From assembly GCA_963700925.1 (NCBI GenBank), contig OY969553.1, forward strand, positions 3,417,631-3,481,630: a stretch of 64,000 bases of DNA, given 5' to 3'. This document shows, piece after piece, positions 32,273 through 41,303 of the stretch. Position 1 is the first letter of the stretch; the number at the start of each line of letters is the position of its first letter. The translations under genes and the position numbers were made by a program. The notes under the pieces were generated by a model. It had not been told where the DNA came from and searched no databases. It worked only from the letters and a program-made list of their open reading frames with translations. Source of the DNA: an uncultured Actinomycetota bacterium. Lineage in GTDB: Bacteria > Actinomycetota > Actinomycetes > Actinomycetales > CAWJMD01.

Positions 32273-35200
32273 TCAGTCGGCCAGTGGTCGCCGCCACCGG
32301 GGCGCGGCCCCGAGCTCGTCGTAGGCCGCCCATGAAGCACGATGCCGGTCGGCGGCTTCGTCGGCGTCACCGGCAGCCAGCAACGACTGGGCCCAGGTGT
32401 GGAGCGCGTCCGCACGAAGCCAGGGCTGCCGGAAGGTTCTGAACGCCTCGAGCGCCCTGGCGTAGGCCCCGTCCGACTGACGACGGTGTCCTCGGACGGA
32501 TGCCACTGCGGCTCTTGCCAGTTCGACGACGCCCACGACTCCGCGCCAGTCTTCGCCGGCGCCGACGATCTCGTCGCAGCGGCCCAGGTGAGCAGCCGCA
32601 CCTGCCCGGTCACCATGGACGGCGAGCACCCGCGCAAGCTCTGCGCGAATCAGCAGCTCGCTCGGCACCTGTGGCCCGTGGACGGCCCGGGCCAACGCTC
32701 GTTCGAGAGCGGCGACGGCGCCCTCGTGCTGGCCGAGGAGCAGGCGGGCCTGGGCCTGCCGGCGTGCGTGGAACGCGGCATCCTGCAGGTCGCCGGCCTG
32801 CTCGTCGCGGTCGACTGCCGTGGCCAAGGCTTGCTCGGCCCCTTCCCAGTCACCGTCCAGCAGGAGGAGCAGTCGCTTGGCAATGGCATCGTCGGGAAGC
32901 CGCACGGCGGCATGCCGCGCGGCGCTGAGCTCGCCGACCGTCGCGAGGCTCAGCGCGAGCTGGTCGACGACGGTGTCGTGCGGGTGGGCGAAGCTCTCGA
33001 ACCGGGCCTGGGCGAGCCCGCGCCGACACCACGCTCGGCCGCTCACAGGGTCGAGCAGGTACTCCGTCGCGCACAGCGACGCGCCGCTCACCGCCACCCA
33101 GCCCAGATACGGATCGCCCTGCTGGTGCGCGGTCGCCCACATCGTCTCGCGGATGTCCGCCGCTGCGCTGAGCCGGCCGCGGTTGAAGGCGAACCAGGCG
33201 CGGCCGTAGTCGGCGACCACGCCGAGGTCCTTGCGGCCGAGATCGGCCGCGAGCTCGTGCGCCTGCTCGGACGCAGCGCCCAGCAGCTCGGTGCGCAGCC
33301 CGTACATCGCTGCCTGCGCCAGGCCTCGGTGACGATGGAAGGTGGCGCCGGGAGCCGCGCCGAGCCGTTCGGCCGCGGCGAAGTGGTCGATCGCTCTCGG
33401 GATGTCCATCACGGAGTGGTGCAGCGAGAGCGCACCGCCGAGTCGGCTGTGGACGGACGCGAGAGCGGCGTCGTCGCCGATGGCGCGGTAGAGCGCGAGC
33501 GCTGCCTCGAGGTGCTCAACGGCCCGCGCGTAGCCGATGCCCGACTTGAGCCGGAGCAGCGCCGCACGAACCGCGGCGTCGGCACGGATCCGCGCGGGGG
33601 CGCCGACGTGATCCAGGATCTCGCCAGCCGCCTCGGCATGGATCACGGCCTCGTCCCACGCATAGATCTGCCCAGCATCGGCAGCTGCCTGGAGGCTCAG
33701 CTCTGCGGCGCGCATCGGGTCGGCTGCGGGCCCAGCCGCGCGCATGTGCGTCGCCGCCGCCGCGACGACCGCGCGTCCGGCAGCGTCCGTGGAGAGCAGC
33801 GCTTGCGCGGCTCGACCGTGCAGGCGCTGCCTGCGTGGTGCCGGAATGTCGGTGTAGACCGCGTTGCGGGTCAGCGCGTGCGCAAAGGCGTAGCTCCCCT
33901 TCCACGAGCTGCCCGACTCGACGAGGAAGCCGGCTTGCACGGCCTGCTCCACGGCGTCGATGACGAGGTCCTCCGGTTGGTCGACCAGCACCGGAAGCAA
34001 GGTGAACTCCACCTCGTGACCGAGCACCGCGGCTGCGGAAACGACCTGCTGGCTGAGCTGAGGCAGTGCCTGGAGCCGGTGCCTGAGGACGTCCCTGACG
34101 CCGGTGGGCACCTGCCACGTGCGGTCCCCGTCCGCCCCTTCTCGGGTGTCGAGGTGACGAACGACTTCGGTGGCGTAGAAGGGATTTCCACCGGTGGCTC
34201 GCCACACCTGCTGGACGAGCGGTGCGCCGACGTCGTCCCCGGTCATGTTGGCCATGAGCTCCGCAACGTCCGGTTCGGAGAGCGACCGCAGGACCGGCCG
34301 CTCGGACACGCCATGCCGCTCCAGGTCGTTGACCAGCTCCAGCAGGGGACCGTGTCGGGTGCCGGGTGGATCCCGGAACGACACCACGAGCAGCACGCGC
34401 TGCGGCAGGTGGCCACCCAGGTATCGCAGCAGCAGCGAGCTCGCACGATCGAGGCGCTCTGCCTCTTCCACCACGAAGAGCACCGGCACGCGTGCAGAAA
34501 TCCGGGTGAGGAGCCATTCACTCGCTTCGAAGAGCCCGCGTCGCGCGTCCGACATCTCGTCGACTGGGGAATCGTCGCTGGCACTTCGCGCTGTCGTGTC
34601 GTCAAGGCAGGGAGCAAGTCGCGCACGGACGACATCTGGGGCATCGGCGAGTGCGCGGGCCACCTCCGCGCTGCCACGAAGCGAATCGATGATCACGTGG
34701 TAGGGCGTCACTGTGACCGGGTCGGAACGACCGACGAGGAGAGCGCCTTCCTCGTTCGCCCGGTGCGCGACCTCGGCGACGAGCCTGGTCTTGCCGACCC
34801 CTGCCTCGCCGGAGACGAGAACGACGTGGCGGCCGCCCTCGCGCACGTCCGCCCAGAGTGCAAGCAGCCGCTGCAGATCGGCGGAGCGGCCCACCATGGG
34901 GGTGCGTCGAGCGGCCGCGAAGAGTGCGTCCGGCGGAGGCTTCGATGGCGGACGGACGGGCGCGTCGCCGTCGTTGGGCTGACGGGACCACCCGTCCGGC
35001 AGCAGCAACGAGGGGTCGTGGCGCAGGATCGCCGTCTCCAGGTCTGCGAGTGCGGGGCCGGGGTCCAGGCCCAGCTCGTCGCCGAGCCGCTGCCGGGCCG
35101 ACGAGAACGTGGCGAGCGCGTCGACTTGGCGGCCGCACCGGTACAGCGCCACCATCAGCTGACCGCACAAGCGCTCGCGGTACGGGTGGGCCGTCACGAG

Positions 35201-35812
35201 CTGGTCGAGCTCGGCGACCACGCTGCTGTGCCGGCCGAGCCGCAGGTCAGCCTCGATGCGGGACTCGATCGTCACCATCCGCAGCTCGTCCAGCCGGGTG
35301 GCCTCCGACTGGGCGTACCCCGGGCTTCCGAGATCCTCGAGCACCTCGCCACGCCACAGGTCCAGGGCGGTGCGGAGCAGCTGCGCCGCCCGCTCCGGCT
35401 CCCCCAGGCCGAGGGCTTCCTGGCCCAGCCCGGCGAGCTGCTTGAACTGGTAGGAGTCGACGCGCTCCGAATCCAGGACGAGCCCGTAGCCGGACGGACG
35501 CGTGACCAGCGCCTTCTCGGAGCCGACCGCCGCGAGACGCTGTCGAAGGCGGGAGACGTGAGTGCGCAGGGTGACGTCGGCGCTCGCCGGAGGTGCCCCG
35601 TTCCACAGCTCGTCGATGAGGCGACTCGCTGGTACGAACTGGTTCAGGTGCATCAGCAGCATCGCGAGAAGATCGCGCTGTCTCGGGCCACCGATGTCGA
35701 CTGGAACGCCCTCGGCGTCGACGACGAGCAGCGGACCGAGGATGCCGAACTGCGGCCTCGTGTTCGAGTGGTGTTCGGCGCCGGCCGGTGACCGCTCTGT
35801 CGGAGAACTCAT
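32273..35812 (-). CDS. AfsR/SARP-family regulator (OmpR-type wHTH + BTAD + NB-ARC-like ATPase + TPR)
   Basis: Track ORF 32273..35908 trimmed to ATG 35812. The start is FGILGPLLVVDAEGVPVDIGGPRQRDLLAMLL. The BTAD region is LDLWRGEVLEDL...LMVALYRCGRQVDAL. The P-loop is VLVSGEAGVGKTRL. The C-terminal half is a long TPR-like helical repeat region. Confidence 0.9.
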   Translation of the reverse strand: MSSPTERSPAGAEHHSNTRPQFGILGPLLVVDAEGVPVDIGGPRQRDLLAMLLMHLNQFVPASRLIDELWNGAPPASADVTLRTHVSRLRQRLAAVGSEKALVTRPSGYGLVLDSERVDSYQFKQLAGLGQEALGLGEPERAAQLLRTALDLWRGEVLEDLGSPGYAQSEATRLDELRMVTIESRIEADLRLGRHSSVVAELDQLVTAHPYRERLCGQLMVALYRCGRQVDALATFSSARQRLGDELGLDPGPALADLETAILRHDPSLLLPDGWSRQPNDGDAPVRPPSKPPPDALFAAARRTPMVGRSADLQRLLALWADVREGGRHVVLVSGEAGVGKTRLVAEVAHRANEEGALLVGRSDPVTVTPYHVIIDSLRGSAEVARALADAPDVVRARLAPCLDDTTARSASDDSPVDEMSDARRGLFEASEWLLTRISARVPVLFVVEEAERLDRASSLLLRYLGGHLPQRVLLVVSFRDPPGTRHGPLLELVNDLERHGVSERPVLRSLSEPDVAELMANMTGDDVGAPLVQQVWRATGGNPFYATEVVRHLDTREGADGDRTWQVPTGVRDVLRHRLQALPQLSQQVVSAAAVLGHEVEFTLLPVLVDQPEDLVIDAVEQAVQAGFLVESGSSWKGSYAFAHALTRNAVYTDIPAPRRQRLHGRAAQALLSTDAAGRAVVAAAATHMRAAGPAADPMRAAELSLQAAADAGQIYAWDEAVIHAEAAGEILDHVGAPARIRADAAVRAALLRLKSGIGYARAVEHLEAALALYRAIGDDAALASVHSRLGGALSLHHSVMDIPRAIDHFAAAERLGAAPGATFHRHRGLAQAAMYGLRTELLGAASEQAHELAADLGRKDLGVVADYGRAWFAFNRGRLSAAADIRETMWATAHQQGDPYLGWVAVSGASLCATEYLLDPVSGRAWCRRGLAQARFESFAHPHDTVVDQLALSLATVGELSAARHAAVRLPDDAIAKRLLLLLDGDWEGAEQALATAVDRDEQAGDLQDAAFHARRQAQARLLLGQHEGAVAALERALARAVHGPQVPSELLIRAELARVLAVHGDRAGAAAHLGRCDEIVGAGEDWRGVVGVVELARAAVASVRGHRRQSDGAYARALEAFRTFRQPWLRADALHTWAQSLLAAGDADEAADRHRASWAAYDELGAAPRWRRPLAD

Positions 35813-35973
35813 GTCGTCCCCACGCACGGAAGTTACACCGGCCCACGTGGAGTGCACCGGACCTCGGGCAAACCGTGAACAAGCACGCAGGAGCGCCGCG
35901 TTGGCCACTTGGGCGGCTCTGTCGCGGACCGTCCCATCTGTCCAGTGTCGGTGCGCCGCTCTAGCCTGCGAAC

Positions 35974-36375
35974 GTGACGGACACCTGGACGGACGCCGAC
36001 CGCGAGCGCCTGCGTGGGCGCCTGGTCGGGCTCGCCGCGCGACTCCCCGGCGTGGTGGTCGAGGACTCGTTCGGGCACACGGGGTTCATGCTGAAGCGCA
36101 AGCGGCTCGCGTGGCTGCTCGTCGACCACCACGGCGACGGCAGGCTCGCCCTGTGCGTTAAGGCGCCGCGCGGAGAGCTGGACGCGCTGATGGCGGCCGA
36201 TCCTCGTCGGTACTTCCGCCCGGCGTACGTCACCGGGTGGGTCGGTGTCGAGCTGTACGCCGTCCCGCCCGACTGGGACGAGATCGGCGAGCTGTTGGAG
36301 CAGGCGTGGCGGATGCTTTCGGGCAAGCGCGCGATCGCGGCCTACGACGCCGAGCACGCGGGTGAGTCAGGCTGA
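35974..36375 (+). CDS. MmcQ/YjbR family protein
   Basis: Track ORF of 133 aa: ...VVVEDSFGHTGFMLKRKRLAWLLVDHHGDGRLALCVKAP... Confidence 0.7.
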   Translation: MTDTWTDADRERLRGRLVGLAARLPGVVVEDSFGHTGFMLKRKRLAWLLVDHHGDGRLALCVKAPRGELDALMAADPRRYFRPAYVTGWVGVELYAVPPDWDEIGELLEQAWRMLSGKRAIAAYDAEHAGESG

Positions 36376-37506
36376 GGGCACGCTGACGAGCCGTGCCGCG
36401 TCGCTGGGGACGATCCCCGCGTCGTAGCCGCCCGTGACGAGCACGGCATCCTCACCCACAGTCGTTGCGGTGACGAACGACCGGCGCGGCACCGGGTCAC
36501 CGGCCACGACCGAGATCTCACCCGTCTCTGGGGCGTACACGTTCAGGCGAGTTCCTCCCGCAATCGCGACTCGGCCGTCGGGTAGCGACACCACGGCGCC
36601 GTCGAGCTTGTACTGCCCCTCGCTGAGGTCGGGGCCGGCGATCGCCGTGCCAGCTGCGACATCGACGATCTCGGTGCTCCGCAACAGGTCTCGTCCCTCG
36701 TCCGAGCTCGAGCCACCGACCACCAGCACGCGGCCATCGGGCAGGGCAGCCGCGCCGTGCTTCACGCGCGGCACCGCGAGGTCAGGACCTTCGCGCCAGG
36801 CGCCGTTCTCCAGAACCTCGATGGAAGCGATGGCCGTCTCTCCGTCCGAGCCACCGACCAGCACGACCTTGTCACCGACTGCGACTGCGGCGTGGCCGGC
36901 GCGGGCGCGAGGCAGGTCGGGGCCGCGAGTGACCGCGCCGGTCGCTGGGTCGAAGAACTCTGTGCTGCTCAGGGCTGCGCCGTGGGCGTCGTACCCGCCG
37001 GCGAGCAGAACGCGGCCGTCCGGCAGGGGAGTGGCTGTGTGGACAGCCCGTGGCGTCGTCATGTCACCGACGGACGAAAAGCGTTCTGCCGCAGGCTCGA
37101 ACGCCTCCATGCCCGATGCCGGGTCTCGCCCCTCACCCGGGTAACCGCCGGTGAGCAGCACGCGACCGTCCCGCAAGAGGGTGGCCGTCCCGCTGGCGCG
37201 TGGCTCCAAGGCCTCGGGACCGGCTGCGAGCCGTCCCGACGCAGGGTCAAAGAGCTCGCTCACCCGTCCGGAGTCGAAGTCTTCGCAGAACCGCGCCGTG
37301 CAGCCGCCGGTGATCAGCACGCGGCCGTCGTGCAGCGTCGTCGCCCGGTGCACGGCACGAGGCTGCGCCATTGCCAGGACGCCGTCTGTCGTCGCCGGCT
37401 GGGAAGCGCCGGGTGCGTCCGCCGGCTCGGACGGCGATGCAGTGCAGGAAGCGAGCACGAGGGCCGCGGCGACTGCGATGACGACATCGGTGCGACGACG
37501 TGCCAC
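36367..37506 (-). CDS. Kelch-repeat (beta-propeller) lipoprotein
   Basis: Track ORF of 379 aa. The lipobox is LVLASCTAS. It has six or more repeats of the ..DGRVLLTGGY.. / ..PR..H.A..L.DGRVLV.GG.. type. Confidence 0.75.
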   Translation of the reverse strand: MARRRTDVVIAVAAALVLASCTASPSEPADAPGASQPATTDGVLAMAQPRAVHRATTLHDGRVLITGGCTARFCEDFDSGRVSELFDPASGRLAAGPEALEPRASGTATLLRDGRVLLTGGYPGEGRDPASGMEAFEPAAERFSSVGDMTTPRAVHTATPLPDGRVLLAGGYDAHGAALSSTEFFDPATGAVTRGPDLPRARAGHAAVAVGDKVVLVGGSDGETAIASIEVLENGAWREGPDLAVPRVKHGAAALPDGRVLVVGGSSSDEGRDLLRSTEIVDVAAGTAIAGPDLSEGQYKLDGAVVSLPDGRVAIAGGTRLNVYAPETGEISVVAGDPVPRRSFVTATTVGEDAVLVTGGYDAGIVPSDAARLVSVPSA

Positions 37507-37606
37507 GGCGGCCTCCTGCCGAGGAGCCTAGACCGCTTCGGCGACACGACCCGATGCTCGAAGGGCTGTCGCACGGGCGACGTATGCTCGCAAGCGTGAG
37601 TCGACG

Positions 37607-37897
37607 ATGAGCAAGGTGGACGCGCAACGCGCGATGCGAGAGGCCAAGTACGCCCGGATCCAGGAGAACTCCGTGGCCCGACGGCAGGAGGCGGCGTCAG
37701 CAGGCCCGCGAACCGCTGTCGTCACGGCACCCCTGGTGACGTCGCCGCCCCGGCAGGAGCCGACCGAGGCACCGGTCGCCCCAGAGGAGACGCCTTTCGA
37801 GGAGCGGTCGCAGGACGTGTGCGGTCACCGGTCGATGAACGGCCGCACGTGCACCCGCGAGTCAGGCCACCCGCAGAAGAACCACCGCTACTCCTGA
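37607..37897 (+). CDS. hypothetical protein with C-terminal CGH..GR.C.R..GH..K.HRY motif
   Basis: Track ORF of 96 aa. It has non-biased N-terminal composition (MSKVDAQRAMREAKYARIQENS) and a Cys/His-rich C-terminus. Confidence 0.45.
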   Translation: MSKVDAQRAMREAKYARIQENSVARRQEAASAGPRTAVVTAPLVTSPPRQEPTEAPVAPEETPFEERSQDVCGHRSMNGRTCTRESGHPQKNHRYS

Positions 37898-37922
37898 GCG
37901 CGCCGCCCGGAGGGAAATCGGC

Positions 37923-38459
37923 TCAGGCCTGAAAGTCCGAGGGCCGAAGCCGGTGCACGGCAAGGTTCAGGCCGTAGTACTTCTCGGTCTCGCCGACCCA
38001 CTCCATCCCCAAGCGGTCGATCACCCCGCGTGCTGCGTGGTTGCCGGGCCGTGAGACGGCGAACACCTCGGGCAGGTGCTGCTCGAACGCCCACGTGAGC
38101 AGGGTGCGCGCTGCCTCGGTGGCGTAGCCGCGTCTCTGGTGCGCGGGGCTGACCTGCCAGGCGATCTCGACGTCCTCCCCACCGGGCGGCAGCGGTAGCA
38201 GGGCGGCCCCGCCGACGACGACCTGCTCGTCCGTGTTCTCGACGGCCCAGCGGCCCAGCGGCTCCACCATGCGCACGCTCTCCGCGGCCCACGCGTCCAG
38301 AACGCAGGCCATGGCGGCGACGTCCGGCACCTGCCGCATCGCCGGTGACAGCCAGCGCGCGACTTCGTCCCTGCCGTAGATCTCGAAGGCCGCAGGGGCG
38401 TCGTCGCCAGTCCACGGTCGAAGCGTGAGCCGGGGTGATGTCAGCACGTTGTCGGACAT
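37923..38459 (-). CDS. GNAT family N-acetyltransferase (RimJ/RimL-like)
   Basis: Track ORF 37923..38714 trimmed to ATG 38459. The sequence reads MSDNVLTSPRLTLRPWTGDDAPAAFEIY...IAWQVSPAHQRRGYATEAARTLLTWAF. Confidence 0.85.
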   Translation of the reverse strand: MSDNVLTSPRLTLRPWTGDDAPAAFEIYGRDEVARWLSPAMRQVPDVAAMACVLDAWAAESVRMVEPLGRWAVENTDEQVVVGGAALLPLPPGGEDVEIAWQVSPAHQRRGYATEAARTLLTWAFEQHLPEVFAVSRPGNHAARGVIDRLGMEWVGETEKYYGLNLAVHRLRPSDFQA

Positions 38460-38623
38460 GCTGCAGAACTTACCTCCGGTGCGTGGCTGCGCGACCGGTG
38501 ACTTCCGACCCTTCCGCCGCCAGACACCCGCCTGGCCCCATCGAGATCGCCCAAACGGCACCGTCGAGGCGAGCGATGATGCGATGCGTGAGATCTCGCG
38601 AGGGACTCGAACCAAACGCGGGA

Positions 38624-38683
38624 GGATGTCCGGAGCGGCCTGACGGCTCCGACGTCTCCGGTGAGCGGCACCCGCGGGGTGCC
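38624..38683 (+). promoter_or_regulatory. candidate ECF-type promoter plus leader hairpin (copy 1)
   Basis: GGATGTCCGGA-N12-CTCCGACGTCTC-CGGTGAGC-GGCACC-cgcgg-GGTGCC. It ends 21 nt before the yciI-like start, and its counterpart is at 40414..40474. Confidence 0.5.
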
Positions 38684-38703
38684 CCGTCCGAGGGGAGAAG
38701 ACA

Positions 38704-39120
38704 GTGAAGTACATGATCCTGACCTACGCGTCCCAGCAGGACTACGACGCCATGGCTGGCAAGCCGGGGGAGGACGAGGCCTGGTCCGGCGATGACTTCG
38801 CCGCCATGGGCGCCTTCATGGAGGCGTTCAACGCGGAGCTGGTCGAGTCCGGCGAGCTGGTGGAGACCCGCGGGCTCAGTGCGCCCGTCCACACCCGGCG
38901 GCTGCACCTGCAGGCGGGGGTGCCCGTCGTGACGGATGGCCCGTACCCCGAGGCTCAGGAGGTGCTGGCCGGCTACTGGATCGTCGAGTGCGAGAGCTTC
39001 GACCGGGCCACAGAGATCGCCGTCAGGATGTCCGACTGTCCGGGACCGGACTACGTCCGCGAGAGGGCCATTGCCGACATCCGTCCGATCGACGAGTACC
39101 GGCCCGACCGGGAGACCTGA
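38704..39120 (+). CDS. YciI/DGPF-domain family protein
   Basis: Track ORF of 138 aa: MKYMILTYASQQDYDAM...VVTDGPYPEAQEVLAGYWIVECESFDRATEIA. Confidence 0.85.
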   Translation: MKYMILTYASQQDYDAMAGKPGEDEAWSGDDFAAMGAFMEAFNAELVESGELVETRGLSAPVHTRRLHLQAGVPVVTDGPYPEAQEVLAGYWIVECESFDRATEIAVRMSDCPGPDYVRERAIADIRPIDEYRPDRET

Positions 39121-39126
39121 CCCGCC

Positions 39127-40386
39127 GTGCCGGGTGCCGACGTGCCTGGCACCACGGTCGAGGGCCTGCTGCGCCCCCTGGTGCCGCAGGTCCTCGGCGC
39201 CGTGGTGCGCCGCTACGGCAACTTCGACCATGCAGAGGACGCCGTCCAGGAAGCGCTTTTCGCAGCGACCAAGCAGTGGCCGGTCGAGGGCGTCCCCGAC
39301 AACCCGCGCGGCTGGCTGATCCGGGTCGCCTCGCGGCGGCTGACCGACCTTCTCCGCAGCGAGCAGGCTCGGCGCCGCCGGGAGGACACCGCGGCGGTTC
39401 TCTCCGTCGCCGAATACCGGCCCGAGACAACCGATGTCGGACGGACGCACGCCTCCGACGACAGCCTCATCCTCCTGTTCATGTGCTGCCATGGCGCGCT
39501 GACCCCGGCGTCGCAGATCGCGTTGACCCTGCGCGCGGTCGGCGGCCTGACCACCACAGAGATCGCCCGCGCCTTCCTCGTACCCGAGGCGACCATGACC
39601 CGGCGGATCACCCGAGCCAAGCAGGGCATCGTGGCCAGCGGAGTGCCCTTCCGGATGCCCTCGGGTCCCGAGCGCACCGAACGCCTCGCCGCCGTCCTGC
39701 ACGTGCTGTACCTGATCTTCAACGAGGGCTACGCCGCCACGTCCGGCGCGAGCCTGCACCGCGGAGACGTGTCAGCCGAGGCGATCCGGCTGGTTCGCAT
39801 GGTCCACCGCCTGCTGCCCGGCGACGCTGAGGTTGCTGGGTTGCTGGCCCTGATGCTGCTGACGGACGCCCGGCGGCCGGCGCGCATGGGCCCGGACGGC
39901 GTCGTGGTGCCGATGGCCGACCAGGACCGCAGTCTCTGGGACGGTGACGCCATCGCCGAGGGCACCGCCCTGATCACTGAGACCCTGCCGAAGGGACCGG
40001 TCGGGCCCTACCAGCTGCAGGCCGCGATCAGTGCGCTCCACGACGAGGCGCCGGGCGCCGACTCCACGGACTGGCCGCAGATCGTCGCCCTGTACGAGCT
40101 GCTGCTGCGGCTGGACGACAGTCCCGTCGTGCGGCTCAACCACGCCGTGGCGGTGGCCATGGTGCAGGGCCCGGACGCGGGGCTCGCGCTGATCGAGGAC
40201 TTCAGGGCCGATCAGCGCATCGCCGGCGACCACCGGCTCCACGCCGTCCGAGCCCATCTGCTGGAGCAGTCCGGCGACCTCGCCGCCGCCCGCGCGACCT
40301 ACCTGGAGGCGGCGGGCCGCGCCACGAGCCTTCCCCAGCAGCGCTACCTGAACGCCCAGGCCGCGCGCCTCGCCGAACGCGCCTGA
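39127..40386 (+). CDS. ECF sigma factor with long C-terminal TPR-like extension (ECF42-type)
   Basis: Track ORF of 419 aa. Sigma-2 is AEDAVQEALFAATKQWP..GVPDNPRGWLIRVASRRLTDLLR. Sigma-4 is LTTTEIARAFLVPEATMTRRITRAKQ. There is then a ~230-aa helical extension. It lies immediately downstream of a DGPF/YciI gene. Confidence 0.85.
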   Translation: MPGADVPGTTVEGLLRPLVPQVLGAVVRRYGNFDHAEDAVQEALFAATKQWPVEGVPDNPRGWLIRVASRRLTDLLRSEQARRRREDTAAVLSVAEYRPETTDVGRTHASDDSLILLFMCCHGALTPASQIALTLRAVGGLTTTEIARAFLVPEATMTRRITRAKQGIVASGVPFRMPSGPERTERLAAVLHVLYLIFNEGYAATSGASLHRGDVSAEAIRLVRMVHRLLPGDAEVAGLLALMLLTDARRPARMGPDGVVVPMADQDRSLWDGDAIAEGTALITETLPKGPVGPYQLQAAISALHDEAPGADSTDWPQIVALYELLLRLDDSPVVRLNHAVAVAMVQGPDAGLALIEDFRADQRIAGDHRLHAVRAHLLEQSGDLAAARATYLEAAGRATSLPQQRYLNAQAARLAERA

Positions 40387-40413
40387 GCCCACCCGCGCGG
40401 ACCCGAAGAGCAC

Positions 40414-40474
40414 GGATGTCCGGACCAGCCCGGTCGCTCCGACGTCTCTGGTGAACGGCACCGAAACCGGTGCC
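40414..40474 (+). promoter_or_regulatory. candidate ECF-type promoter plus leader hairpin (copy 2)
   Basis: GGATGTCCGGA-N12-CTCCGACGTCTC-TGGTGAAC-GGCACC-gaaacc-GGTGCC. It ends 21 nt before the DUF998 start. Confidence 0.5.
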
Positions 40475-40494
40475 ACCCCACGAGAGGACAGGCC

Positions 40495-41175
40495 ATGTCA
40501 CACCACACCGTCACCCCACGAGCAGGGCAGTCGTCCCCGACGCCCAGCGACGACCCACAGACCACCCGCCTGCTCACCTGCGGCATCGTCGCGGGCCCGC
40601 TGCTTCTGGTCGTCTGGGCGCTGCAGGCCTTCAGCCGCAACGGTTTCGACCCGACCCGCCACCCGATGAGCCTGCTCAGCCTCGGCAACCTCGGCTGGAT
40701 CCAGATCGCCAACTTCGTCGTGACCGGTGCGCTGGTGATGGCCCTCGCGGTCGGAGTCAGGCGCGTCCTGCACCCCGGTCGGGGCGGCACGTGGGGGCCG
40801 AGGTTGGTCGGGGCGATGGGGGCAGGGCTGGTCACGGCCGGAGTGTTCGTCACAGACGCGGGGGCCGGCTTCCCCGCCGGCGCCCCGGCAGGGGCGCCGG
40901 AGATGACCTGGCACGGCGCCCTGCACGAGGTGGGCTACGTCGTCGTCATGCTGTCGTGGACGGCCTCGTGCCTCGTGCTCCGCCGCCGGTTCCGCGCCGC
41001 CGCTGAACCAGGGCTGGCCCGGCTCTGCATGGCGAGCGTCATCGCAGTCGTCGCCATCAGCGCCGTCCCTCACCTCGACAGCTTCACGATCCGCATCGCG
41101 GTGGCGACGGCAGTCCAGTTCGCGTTCCTGGGCGTCGTGGCAGCGCGACTGCGCCGTGGCGTGCCGCAGCACTGA
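40495..41175 (+). CDS. DUF998-like integral membrane protein
   Basis: Track ORF of 226 aa with about 6 TM segments: ...HPMSLLSLGNLGWIQIANFVVTGAL... The family name is from memory. Confidence 0.65.
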   Translation: MSHHTVTPRAGQSSPTPSDDPQTTRLLTCGIVAGPLLLVVWALQAFSRNGFDPTRHPMSLLSLGNLGWIQIANFVVTGALVMALAVGVRRVLHPGRGGTWGPRLVGAMGAGLVTAGVFVTDAGAGFPAGAPAGAPEMTWHGALHEVGYVVVMLSWTASCLVLRRRFRAAAEPGLARLCMASVIAVVAISAVPHLDSFTIRIAVATAVQFAFLGVVAARLRRGVPQH

Positions 41176-41303
41176 CACCAAGCCATGGCCGGTGGATCGG
41201 GCGAACCGCCATGCCGGTGCGCCGCTATCGTCGGTGGGCGCTGCCAGACTCCAAGGGACGGCCCGACGGAGGGGCAGCGAGTTCGACCGGGAGGGCGTGG
41301 CGC

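Noticed and set aside
32342-35791. 1149-aa plus-strand ORF, plus the 648-aa ORF 30691..32637 and the 513-aa ORF 1579..3120.
   Set aside because: All lie antisense or out of frame to genes with recognisable domains (SARP, FAD monooxygenase, crotonase/peptidase/Lrp). They are Arg/Pro/Gly/Ala dominated with no motifs.
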